A DNA stretch of 47,897 nt, counting the filler, from Catajapyx aquilonaris (Eukaryota), in the NCBI GenBank assembly GCA_000934665.2. It is 2 parts of 2 records of this genome, joined end to end, with 100 filler letters (N's around TTAATTAATTAA, not from the genome) between each part and the next. Parts side by side here need not be neighbours in the genome. Positions count along the whole stretch, not along the records: positions 1 to 23,891 come from JYFJ02005607.1; 1 more part is not named here. One strand, 5' to 3'. Both the position numbers and the translations under genes were made by a program. The notes under the pieces are model-generated. The model was not told the DNA's origin, did no database searches, and was given only the letters and a program-made list of their open reading frames with translations. Of the stretch, positions 11,935 to 23,377 are shown piece after piece; positions within the stretch are counted from its first letter, which is position 1; each line of letters starts with the position of its first letter.

Positions 11935-12925
11935 TATATACATATGAGGAGAGGTACCTAACACTTGAGTTACTGAACCGCCGCGTCCACAGCTTTAACT
12001 ACGGCTTCACAGAGAAGAAAAACAAACCATTCTCTGCGAATTCATCTGCGAATTTTATGGAAAAGTCATCGCGCAATCTTGCTGACAATAACTTAAACAG
12101 AGAGCCCAACAGTCCTGGTGCTTATTCAGGGTATTGCCATTTCTTCTTGCTGACAAAGTACCATCAGGCGACCAATACTGGCAGCTCCTTTTATTGCTGC
12201 TGAGAATTTCTGAAATAGTTTATGCACCAGCTGTAACCGATGTTGTACTTGGAACACTTGATCAAAGAACACCACACTCTTTTCCGGCGACTTTTCCCTC
12301 AGAAGTAGTTAATCAACAAGCATTACCATTTGCTTCACTATCCTAGCAGCATAAAAAAGTGTGGTCCTATGATTGATCAATGGTGCATGAGATACGAGGG
12401 CAAACACAACTTCTTTAAAGTGTTTTCAGGCATAGTGTGCAATTTTAAGAACATTTCAAAAACACTGGCACATAAGCACCAAAAACAGCTTTGCGCATCC
12501 TGGAGCTTAGGAAAAAAGTGGAACAATGTGGAATTCAGGCCTACGAACTATGTAGTTGGACAAAGTGGATTTCGGCAAGAACTGGTAGCAGAGGGTCTCA
12601 GAGATGATGATGACCCAGATTGTTTGTTTCCATGGCACTAAGATACAGAAAAGGCACTTTTGTATGCACAAAGGGCAAGTCCAATGAAAGTGGACTTCCC
12701 TGCTTTGCAAAAATTGTGGACATTGCAATTTATCAACAAGCAGAAGCTTTCTTGATTGTGAAACCATATTGCACAGAATACTTGTATGAGAAGTTGCATG
12801 CATACGCAATAGTATCCAGCCAACTGCCTCTAGTGGCCAAGATAGCAACTGATTTGGCTCATCACATTGCACTTGACATTTGGCATGCATATAAAGACAG
12901 CACAGACTACATGACTGCCACTTGA
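11935..12925 (+). mobile_element. Animal EnSpm/CACTA transposase C-terminal fragment
   Basis: FNYGFTEKKNKP; WCLFRVLPFLLADKVP..YWQLLLLL; KHYHLLHYP..IKKCGP..WCMRYEGKHNFFK..CNFKNISKTLAHKHQ. Confidence 0.9.
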
Positions 12926-12959
12926 CACAACTGCTGGTGGCTGCATCAGCCGATCTGGC

Positions 12960-13201
12960 CACAGTATTACCTCCAGAATTTGATTGGAACATTTGCTGTA
13001 TTTGCCAAAAAGGTGGCGGCAAATTGACATGTCCAATGAAACAATCCTGTGGAAGCTAGACGAAGCCTTGGATATGCATCACTTGCTGCAAATCTGGAAC
13101 AATTGAAGTACTTCAATTACAAGCTGTCATGTGGAAGGGACGTCTGCGTGCTTGATGATGGTGACGTAATTCTTGCATGTTTTTTGAAGCATGCAGCTAA
13201 G
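12960..13201 (+). mobile_element. Academ-type transposase N-terminal fragment
   Basis: FDWNICCICQK; GYASLAANLEQL; LDDGDVILACFLKHAAK. Confidence 0.5.
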
Positions 13202-13240
13202 AATGTCTGAAGAACCATTCTTGGAATTACTAACCAAAGT

Positions 13241-13460
13241 GGAACAAGGAGGAGGAAACACTAATGATGGCAGTATGCCAGACGCTTTTTTGACGACCCC
13301 TTCACTTTCTTCAGAAATTACTGGCATAGACGCGAAAGTGATTCGCAGGATGAGGGTCCTTTTGCAGGCAGTGTCAAGTGCCAAGCCCATTGACACGAGC
13401 GCATTCAAGAAGTATTCTCTGGAAACGGCAGAGCTGCTGGTAAGCTATTACCCGTGGTTG
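13241..13460 (+). mobile_element. Transib transposase fragment (second, divergent family)
   Basis: QGGGNTNDG...PSLSSEITGIDAKVIRRMRVLLQAVSS..ID..AFKKYSLETAELLVSYYPW. Confidence 0.85.
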
Positions 13461-13846
13461 GTACGTCTTGTCTTGGAGAAAAAGAGTAGGGAGCAAAAAA
13501 TAAATAAATCTACAACCAAAGCTGATGTTGGAAAATGTAAGTAGCCACATCTTACACTGTAATTTCTCTGGTGAATATAATTAATAAGTAACTACTGGGC
13601 TGATGATGTGAATGAATTATTGTGCTTATGGTTTTCTTAGGCCCGTAATTTTGACATGCCATTTTCACTTACAATAGGCCCCGAATAAGTCCAGCCTAAT
13701 ACTCTGAATGACACTGATGCACGTAGTGTGTCCAAAGGCCCTGATGATGCATCCCCTTGGCCACGTTACTCTGCCCATCAACATCGGTGGACAGGTCATC
13801 ATGAAGCGACTCCTGGTCATCCACGACCCTCTGATCTTCCCCACAC

Positions 13847-13975
13847 AAGAATGTCTGAAGAACCATTCTTGGAATTACTAACCAAAGTAGAACCACATAT
13901 TCATACAGATGCAGACCAACAACATAAGAAAGAGCCTTCTTCCTCGCGCCACACCGGCCCCGGGACTACCCTCAG
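13847..13975 (+). mobile_element. Harbinger-like transposase N-terminal fragment; first 42 nt duplicated at 13199-13240
   Basis: RMSEEPFLELLTKVEPHI...TLR resembles Harbinger RMSxxxFxxLLxxVxPxI; exact 42-nt copy upstream. Confidence 0.5.
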
Positions 13976-14004
13976 GTCACCAGGCTGCAACCGCAGATGC
14001 ACCT

Positions 14005-14092
14005 TCATGGAGTTTGGGAGTTATTATTGGCGAAAAAAAAAACGCGTAAAGTACTTTATGCCTCAGTCAGCAAGAAATTTGGCTTCGTGTGC
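14005..14092 (+). mobile_element. Mutator-like (MULE) transposase micro-fragment
   Basis: GVIIGEKK/TRKVLYASVSKKFGFVC resembles GxIIGxxTxKVLxxxVxNKxCxxC. Confidence 0.45.
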
Positions 14093-14669
14093 CCCACGTG
14101 GTATTGGTAAGGCAAACTCACCCAGCCGCATCATACCCAACGGTCGTGCCCCACGTGGTTGCAACTCACCGGGTGAAAGGAACTCCGCTGCAGGACCCTC
14201 CATACAGAGAGGGGCTCCGAGAGGAGAGGGTAAAAGATGGCCAGCCGCAGAGTGACGGCACACTACTGAACACACACCCCTCATCACGTTGGTGTCCCAT
14301 CCCAGCCCTATTCGTCCTTGCCGTCATGTCCAAAGATACACAGAATAATTTGCAACGTGCCAAGTCTCACGCCATCTCAGGAAAACAAGAAGTCAGAGAT
14401 GATGACAGTGTGTATTAAAAACCATATGAGGAGGTTAAAAGCAAAAACCGATAACTCCAGTTTTGGCGGGAAACGAGATTGAAAGTGCGGTGTGACTTTG
14501 AATGAAAAGAAGAAAAAAAACAGGTCAATTTCGCCATCTGTTGGCTCAGCTTTCAATTATCACAACAGATGAATACTTGTCATTTCAGGCTAAATGGGAC
14601 GGCGGAGCAGATGCCGGTCCCTGTATGACGAGAAAGTGCCCCAACACAGCAGCCGGGGGCAACAGCAGA

Positions 14670-14800
14670 AGGGACCAGCCCGTGAGGAGGAGAAGCCGGT
14701 ACCCAACGAAGCCCCAGAATGTGAGGGACTTTGTTTTGTAAATTGTTCTTGAAATAATCGTACAACCATGTAAAAATTTATGGAGGAGGAATATTATGCA
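14670..14800 (+). mobile_element. LTR-retrotransposon pol tail plus polypurine tract
   Basis: RRRSRYPTKPQNVRDFVL* (RRSxRxxKPPxxLxDYV-like), then GGAGGAGGAA at 14782-14791 followed by TATTATG (decayed TGT start). Confidence 0.45.
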
Positions 14801-15997
14801 TCCTGTCAGCCATAAGGCAGTAGTTGAGGTCACACATGTTAGCACCCACTAACCGACCTTTTCTCAGTTCTCCCTTGCCGTTACCGAATCCTTCTCCACC
14901 AGCCTGCCTGCCTAGCCCTTCAGACGTATCCCCCAGAATATGCCACCCTAACCCCATCACCTTACCCTAACCACCTCAAGGATCCAAAAAACCCCAGTCG
15001 CTTCCCCTCTCAGGAGTATCATTAACCGAACCCATGCAAGACGACCACATGACAGGGCGGACGAGTGCTGGACACCGTGCTGGACACCGTACTGGACAGC
15101 AAGAGTCCCTTTGGCCATATCTTGCTAGATTCCTTCAGAAGTACAAGGTATTATTTAACGAAAATAAATTTCAAAATGTTTCTCACAAACAAATTTTTTA
15201 TGCAATGTGTTTCATATCCTAGGTACTCCCTCCACATTAGCGGAAGCCGACATTTGGTGATATCACAGCTACTTCTGTGCCTTCAGAAAGATTGTTTTCC
15301 AAGGCAGGAAATCTCATCACAGAACAGAAATGAGGAACCGACTTTGCCCTGAGGGGGCCTCAAAATTGCTCATTTTGGGGGGAGCTCATTTTTAATATGC
15401 ATAAATACCTTGTGGCATGCACGTGCTTATACACTATATTTCATATACTCAGCAGATAGCCTCTGTGGTAACCTGTAATGTGCCTTTTGAGAAAAAACCA
15501 GTTTGATAGCCCACCTGAAAACAATCATGTACATCGGTTGGTCAAAGTTATAGCAAAAGGTTGTCTGCACAACATTGCTAAAAAGCAAACATTGCTGTTA
15601 CAGCCAAAACGCATAAGAAGTTGATTTTATTTCAGCACCAGCCATTTATGTGCATTTTCATTATGGAAAAGTTTGTGATACTTCCTTTTGTTTCTTTTTG
15701 TATGACTACCACAAAATCTCTTACCTTCCATCACACAAGTGTTTCATCCGTTACTGTAGCTCTAACAAGTGTCAGATGCATCTATGGTAGTGGAAAGGGC
15801 AACATGTAAAAACGAAAATAATCAAGTTCGTCTCTCAGGATAAATCTGGCGCTCCTTTTCTGGCAAAGAGGGCAGTTGTCTTGATCTTCCGGCAAAGGAG
15901 AGCCAGTGCGGTGGGAGGAAGATGTATTTCCCGCGGAGTTACGCAGATACCATATGCCACGACGGAACTATTGTTGAGGGAGAGGGGCAGAAACGTA

Positions 15998-16209
15998 CAC
16001 CCGCGAGCATAAAGATGGAGACGGCAGGCCCTCACCTTCGGCAGGATACTCTGTCAATCTCAGCAATTACGGTATCAAATATACTGTCATAAATACACGA
16101 ACAGACGCCTGAAGCAGCAAACTCGGTCCAAAAAAAAGTTCATTAATTTGTGTCGGATAAAGAAAGGTCAAAAAAGGGCCAGCCGTCTCCATCTTTATGC
16201 TCGAGGGGG
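15998..16209. mobile_element. Tc1/mariner-type MITE, TA flanks; related copy at 40249-40451
   Basis: TIR core CGAGCATAAAGATGGAGACGG / CCGTCTCCATCTTTATGCTCG; TA at 15996-97 and 16210-11. Confidence 0.85.
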
Positions 16210-16332
16210 TACATCTCCACAGGAGCTGCTGGATTTAGGCTCAACCCATGCCGGGACATTTTCAACCCTAGCAGCACAAGTTCGCAAGTCATTTGCAGAA
16301 TGTTTTTCATCCGCAGTTGGTGAGGTATCATG

Positions 16333-16585
16333 AAAGCTGCCGTTGGAGATGCTTTTCTTCATCAGTTGAAGGAAGCACATAAGGCAACCGGGTCTGGAAA
16401 CAGAGTCAAGAGAAAAAGAATAATGGTTCCCATTGAACCGGGAAAAAGCATATCGGTAGAAGAGATAAAACAGATCAAGGAGCGACCGAAGAAGGTATGA
16501 AAGAAGCAAGTCAGTTCCAGGTCGAGTGACAGTTCAGGAAGTGTGGAAGGGGTGTATGCATCTGATGGGCAGGAGGAAGAGTCAA
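16333..16585 (+). mobile_element. pogo-like transposase C-terminal fragment
   Basis: AVGDAFLHQLKE...KRKRIMVPIEPGKSISVEEI followed by an acidic/Ser-rich tail. Confidence 0.5.
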
Positions 16586-17229
16586 ACACAGTGGTAACAA
16601 TATACTGGCTAAATTGAAATAAGGTGATTTTGTGATAATTGAGTATTGAAAGTAGTAGACCGACAACCACTTCCCAAAATGTGCCCATATCTGTTCCAGA
16701 GTCCTTTGGTAATGCTCCAGCAGTGCCTCCTAATGTAGAGTCTAGACTATCCTCACTCGATTCAGCCCTTGCGAAAATTTCAGGCATTCTCAGCAAGCCC
16801 CACATTCAAAAGTGGTATAGCACGCGCAGAGAGCAAAAGTAACGAATTACTTTTGGGCCTTCAGGCTGTTGACAAACAATGTGAACAAGTATTTCTCTCC
16901 TCTGCGCCTCACTTGGGAGTCAGAAGTCAAGTTTCATGGACGGGAGGAGCTGAAACTGCAATCTTCCACTGCTGGAATATACCGGACCTCTAAAAAGTAC
17001 ACTGCAATTCGTCCTTTGACCAAGCCGCCAGAGAACGAGACTGAAAAAAATCTCAAATGTTACTGGAAAGTGCAAATGATAATGTTGCATTCCTGAAGTA
17101 CAAGATTTTGCTCCAATAAATGTGTGATGCTGTTTCCCTTAATCAGAAAGCAATTACTGTCCTTGGCATACAGATATATTATGTCTAGCATTTTAAGAGC
17201 CTTGAGCATTGAGCACTCCTTACATAAAA

Positions 17230-17515
17230 ATGAACTTGCTCTTGTCAAATCCAAAGATGCTGATTATACAGTAGAATGGCTCTATCACTGCATAATAATA
17301 GAAGCCTATTTGAAACGACTGGAATTCACTTACACAAATACTCTTGAGGGAGATGCCAACCTGATGCCAACACATTAGATTATCATTACAAACCATGCAA
17401 TACGACCTTTAGAAGATTATTAGGTGCCAGGAAACCAGAAAACATTAATCTTGTGTTGTTGCCTACGTGTATTAATGTTAACCATTGGGTGTTGCTAGCA
17501 GGTCATGTGAAGGGA
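17230..17515 (+). pseudogene. Ulp1/C48 SUMO-protease-like fragment
   Basis: EWLYHC/IIEAYLKRL (WLxDxIIxAY-like); NLVLLPTCINVNHWVLL (catalytic His motif). Confidence 0.6.
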
Positions 17516-18009
17516 GATATGACCATCTTGGATGTTAACATACTACTGTCAGTAAGTAACAAAAATAAAGCTAGGCCCAGGCGGAGAAGGCGGGAAAGGG
17601 CGTCTCTGCTTCGACACGGAGGAAGAAAAACACAATGACGGAAAAATTCAGGCTCTCTCTGACTCCCTATGAAAGCGAGGGACAATTCTTTTTGGACTGT
17701 TGATACACTATGCAACAGCAGAGATAACTGGATAGCTACTTTTATTTTCTACTATCCGTAAAAATGTTCTTGCAGGTATTCCCGAACTCCCACCGAATAA
17801 GAGAGACACACAGTTTGCCTCTATGCCGATACAGGCAATACATCAAATGTATTCGTTTTTTTGCACTCGCAGTGGGGTACATTAGTTCTGTAAACAGCAG
17901 TAAACTACTGTATGAAAACTACTGAAAATGCATATAAGGGAAGTCTCCCTGTATATACCGTAAGGTGCTCAGAGATAATAAACATCTATCTGTCACTTTA
18001 TCAAGAGAG

Positions 18010-18562
18010 TCAGTAACAACCTCCTTGTTCACGACTACGTGATCAATGGCAATATGGCGTCATGGACACACACTTCCAGTCTCTACTAGCTGGATCAGCG
18101 AGGAAGCGTCCGAGAAGTTCCCAAGCTGACTGACAGGCACGTCAGATCATGTCAGCTACAGAAGATGTCAAGTTGGCGACGCAAGAGTTCAGCAATTCGG
18201 TGTCAAGCGCGCTGATGACACTGTGGCGAACTTTTGCAAGGAGATGAACGACCTGTTCGACATCCTGAATAGCAAGCCACTGTATGACAGCAATCCGTAC
18301 TGTTGCGCTCTGTCGGATGACAGTCCTGAATTGGAGGCTTTGTTGGAATCGAAGCTCACTTGGGTGTCAAGGTGGGCCTTGGCGGACAAAGCGACTCCGC
18401 CTCCATGCGTCAAGGACCTCCAACTGACAATTTCAGCCGTGCTGCACCTTCATCGTGCACTGCGGATGGAGGGCGTGTCAGCATACACCCTGACAGCACG
18501 CCTGAATCAGGGCCACCTGGAGAACCTGTTCTCCTTCGTCAAGAGGCACGGTGGACACAACT
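18010..18562 (+). mobile_element. P-element/THAP9-type transposase catalytic fragment
   Basis: NNLL...WTH..LY*LD..R.VPKLTDRHV..QKM/VKLATQEFSNSVSSAL; FCKEMNDLFDILNS; TARLNQGHLENLFSFVKRHGGHN. Confidence 0.9.
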
Positions 18563-19394
18563 GGGCCAATAGCTCCAGTATATCGCTAGCTATTGGCTGG
18601 GAATGTACAAGTACTGTCGTTGCAAGTGATGAGAAGATGAGGTACCTGGAAGGCTTTCTCCGCAAAATATCAAGAAAAGTGCAATACACATCAGTCGCAG
18701 TACGGGACTATTGGACACAACTTGAATCCCAGCGTCATGCAGTTCAGGAGGATTGTACAGCAGATTACTGCCATGAGCCTGACGGTGCCTCCTTGAAAAT
18801 TCTCCTATTGCAAGTGACAATGCATGTGTCATTTGCCAAGCTCCATATGTGGCTGTGGGACATTCACCACGCTTCCTGACAGTGCACCGATTGATGCATA
18901 TTGCAGGGCCAAACTGTGGCTGCCGAAAGAGAGTCGCCGCCGCTGCAGCTTACATTTGTCTGGTGGTGTCTTCCTGGATGATCAGACTTTCTGACAAGTG
19001 CTTTTTAGTGGTGATGACACTTGTTTATCTCTGGAGGATGCCACCTTCAAGCCAGATGGACGCACATTTAGCAGCTCTGATGAAGGGTATATCCCAGCTG
19101 CATTTACATCAATTTTTGACTGTCCATCAAATCTGACTAATTAATTACATAGACTGATGGCTTTTTTTTTTCTTTCATAGTGGCTTGGTTTAGTTGAGTT
19201 TACTTGGGTAAATTAATGGCCTATTTGATTGTTCATGTTTAATGTAACTTTAATGTGACAATACATTTGTTCTGAAATTAAATTCCAGTGATTATTTTTC
19301 CATTAACACAACTTAAAGGAGCTACATGTGACGGTGAGTGCATCCCGATCAGGAGGAAAGACGGTTAGTATGGCAACACGAAGAAATCATCTAC

Positions 19395-19900
19395 TACAAC
19401 ACACTTTGACGCTGACGGCCAAACTGACAAGGACTACCTGACCTTGACAGGTCTCACCAAGGACCAAGTTGAGACTGTTCTCTCAACCCTACATGGTCAG
19501 ATAGATAATATACACCAGCACGTTCTGCCCGCACAACATTGGCATATTCCTAATGAGGCTGCGCATGGCTTTAACCCAAGAACAACTGGCCACATTGTCC
19601 AAAACTGCTCTGATGAATGAGTTTGTCCCACGGCATTCGGGGCTGAAAGTTGCTACAATGAACGTGGTCATGAAGCAACACACATCCATTACGGCCCCAA
19701 ACTTGGTTTGCTGGTGGTAGGTCAGACATTGGCATTTTCGTACTAGGTAGCACATATACTGTATAATAGATATTATGTATATAGAGAAATCCTCAGATTA
19801 TTCTTCTGCACGCCACACTTACTCCATGCACAAACACAGGTGTCTCGTGAAGCCCATGATGGTCACCACGACAACAGGTTACATTGTGGATGTGTTTGGT
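19395..19900 (+). mobile_element. ISL2EU/Harbinger-clade transposase fragment
   Basis: DYLTLTGLTKDQ; RLRMALTQEQLATL; ALMNEFVPRH; YIEKSSDYSSARHTYSMHKHRCLVKPMMVTTTTGYIVDVFG. Confidence 0.75.
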
Positions 19901-21434
19901 ATGAGCATCATTATTCAAAGACTCTGACCTCCCAGGGTTTCCCAAGGAGGCAGAAGGCCCCGGACAATTTAAGCTTTTGCGTTGGAAGAAATTTGCACTC
20001 TTGCAAAGTTTTGATTGAACAACCTTTGGCCAACAGCAGTTGTATCTCCTAACAATTCATGAAATAATAAATGAAAAGTTTGGAAAGAATTTCATCTTTA
20101 CCTCTTACATGCTTCAGAAGAATTGAAAAATTACTAAAAATATATATAAACTTTCAGCAGTGCTTAGCAGTATTGCATATTTTTAAAAAAAATGGTCTGA
20201 GTGGAGGTCCCGTAGAATGTTTCTTGAAAAATACAATATATTCACGATGAAGAAATTAGTGCCATGGCCATAACCTTCACTTTGCCCTATCTATCTCATG
20301 TGTGGTCTGAAATGTTTCGACTCTTCCAGAAAGATGGCCATGGGGTTTTATTTGCTCCTGGGAGTCCAGTTTACCAAGAACTTGCATTTATGTATATTCC
20401 AATCACATTCCATCATCTTTTTAGAATTTGACAACATAAAGAAAGAGGTTAAAGAACATGAAAATATTGACACACCAGAAAGTGACGATGATCTCGGCCA
20501 ATCACTTCCTGCTCGTGATGCCAGCCCATCATGTTCTGCTGAGGGTGACATGGAATAATTTGGAGCCTTGTTAACCAGGTGCAATGATGTCCGCGAGTTT
20601 TTCTCCCGCCAACAGTGTGCCAGGTGCGGGTGATTTGGGCGCGTGACTCACTACGCTTTCCTCCCACCTTAGACTTCGTGACACGTGCTCGATTTTTCAT
20701 GAGGGGGTGCTGATTAGGCGAGGTGGGGGCGATGGTGGGAGGGGGGAGAGAGAGATAAACACTTGTGAATGAAAGGCAGATAGTAGCTGCATTTTGCCTT
20801 AAATCTAAGTTGCAAATGCAAGGTCCTTCCCTCTTTTAAACAAGCCATATGGGGCTTGGCGCGTCTTCATTGTTAGCGTGAAAGCTGACATGTGTAATTA
20901 TTCAGAGCCGTTTTAAATAAAGGCGCCGGGCGACACATCACTGTAAACTGGACAGCAATATTTTTATTGATATGTTCCTATAAAATGTCACTATATATTA
21001 CATAAAATTGCATCAAGCCCATAAAAGTATTGAGGTCTGCAGCATCTTTCCTCAATAAAATTAAGGCCATTTCACAAAAAAAATGTCGCGCGGCAAACGG
21101 CGCGCGTTGCGGCATATTTCTTATTGCCAATAATTAATAACAATTGGCGGGGCACGCGTTTGCCGCTTGCCGCTGCCGCAAAATCTTTTTGTGAAATGGC
21201 CCTTATGCAACTTGAGTTTATTGAAATTTTCAGTAAAATTAATGTTCCCGTGGAGACGGAATAGAGAAAGCACAATTATTGGGTAGCACGGCAGTGCGTC
21301 CGCCAAGTCTCCTTCCACCCTCCCTCCGCCCTCCTCCCTCCACCCGCACTGCCCTACCTTTACACGAACCCCCTAGTTACTCTACACACGAGCCCCTTGT
21401 AACTCGGGACTGGGTAAGACTGGAGGTCTGAGAT

Positions 21435-22755
21435 TTGCATGGCTTGGTCTCACAGCGGGACGGACCCCATTTAAAAAAAAATCGTGAAATTTGGACAAAC
21501 TGTCTCCGGTTTATAAGGTACCCCCCCGTGTGTTGGCCCCCCTGTGTGTTGGCCCCCCCGCCGAGGTACCAGCAGGAAGTGGACAGGGGCTCGGCTGGTG
21601 CACACATCTGGCACGTGGACCGCTGCTGGGCACCGTGGCCGATGCGGTATACTCCTGAAGCCCCGAGGGTGCTGCTGCCTTCGGAGGTCCCTGCAATTGG
21701 GTCCACCCGGCCGCTGCCGACGCGACGCCTCGCTGGGGATGGATCCCCCCGCCCGGCCACAACGAGGAGGGCGCCAAAAAAAAACCCTCCGGTGGCGCCT
21801 GTGGCCCCGCCTGAAGACGTCGCGGAGATGGTGCCTAGCCCGGCGGAGGACGTGCTGCTGGCCAAGGTGGCCGCACTGGAGAGGGAGGTCGCCATGCTAC
21901 GAGCGGTAATGGTCAACGGTCTGCCCCAAACCGGCGTGGTCGCCGCGGCACCTCAGGACAACGACGCGGCTGGTGATGAAGCAGCCGCAGTGAACGGGCC
22001 TGAGGAGGCCAACCTGGTAGCTGTTGCTGATGGTGGCTCTCCGGCAGAGACGGGTGGGGCTGCTATGGACCTGCGCGAAGCAGATGAGCCGGGACTGTAG
22101 CCACCGTGCAATTTTCCTTCCCGTTTTAACCCCCCCCCCCCTTTTTTTTGTTTTGTCCTTTTTACCGGGCGTTTTGCCAGTGGTGGGGTGGGTTTTAGTG
22201 GGAAAGTTGTTGCCTNGTTTGGGTGCCCCCCCCCCCCCCATTTTTTGGTATGTGTGCATTTTTTTCTTCTTTCTTCTTCTTTTTGCTCTCAATGTTGGTG
22301 TTTGCCAGGGAGGGTCCCCCACCCTTTTGGGACCTCTTCCTGTGGAATTTGTTGGCTTCCCCCCCTCCCCGTTGGGGGTTTGCCACCCAGTATTGGTATT
22401 ATTTGGTATGCAGATTTAGAATGATGTTCATCCATAGTTTGCTTTTGGTAGTGGGTTCAAGTTCGCTCCCCTTAGTCGCGAGCTGGCAGGGGGAGTGATG
22501 CCACGGGTTTGTAAGAGTGTTGAATTGGCCGCCCCCCTCCATGGGACACCTGGCAACCCTGGTGGGTGTTCCCGAGGGGGGGGAGAAGGGTAGAAAAAGA
22601 CAGTGAGAGCAGCTTGAGCGATAGAGAGCAGCGGATGCGAAGCCAGGAGCTCCCCAGTTTGTGTCGGAGGCGTTTCCGTGAGTGTATTTATCCTGATAGA
22701 AATAAAAGGTGTTTTGATGGTGACTCGTCTTGTTACTGAAGGTAGACGGTAACCA
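21435..22755 (+). mobile_element. GC-rich ORF (21435-22100), homopolymer-rich UTR, PPT and LTR-like end
   Basis: 221-aa Pro/Ala-rich ORF with coiled coil LAKVAALEREVAMLRA; AGGGGGAG at 22488-22495 then TGATGCC; AATAAA at 22701; ends GGTAACCA at 22755. Confidence 0.4.
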
Positions 22756-23377
22756 TTGTTGTAGAAGAAGTTTAAAAAATAATGAAGAACCTGAGAGGCA
22801 CCCACCACCAGGATGTAACAGATACCGGTGCAAAAGCCAAGTTGGACATGATGACAGTGTTTAAGGACGTATCTCAGCAGTTATAACCGACTCCACAAAA
22901 CAGAGCATTGAAATATTAGCAGGAGGAAGGAAAGCTGAGGTCAAGAAGAAAGGAGGAAATCAGAGGAGGAAATCAGAGGCGGAAACTATTGCTCACATTA
23001 GTAAGTTTCCCTGCCCAATCACCATCTCGACCCAGGCAGCCAGGCTACACAACATCCTGTAGAAAGAAGCAGCATGACAAGCCTCCATGTCTTCATCAGT
23101 CATTCCAGTTCTTACTAATCAAGTAAGAAGCAACTTGCTCTACTCTCTCCCTGCAGCTTCTGGGCTAGATTCGGTTGATATCCATCTCCCCCACCACCTG
23201 GGATGTGTGCCCAGTCTGCTGCTCCTGATACAGCATTAGTTGAAAGTCACCAGTCAAGGAGTCCTCACACTGTTATACCCAGGCGAAGAAAAGGTAATAC
23301 ATGGGAGAGGACCTCTTCAGGGTCAATTATTTTACCAGTCTTCAACTGAACAACATACATCTTCAGGTCTCATCTCC

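Noticed and set aside
13700..13840. Gypsy protease-like PLGHVTLPINIGG
   Set aside because: Motif too short and no catalytic DTG/DSG seen.
17775..17840. LINE reverse-transcriptase LYAD-like snippet
   Set aside because: Only a few residues plus a frameshift; not supportable.
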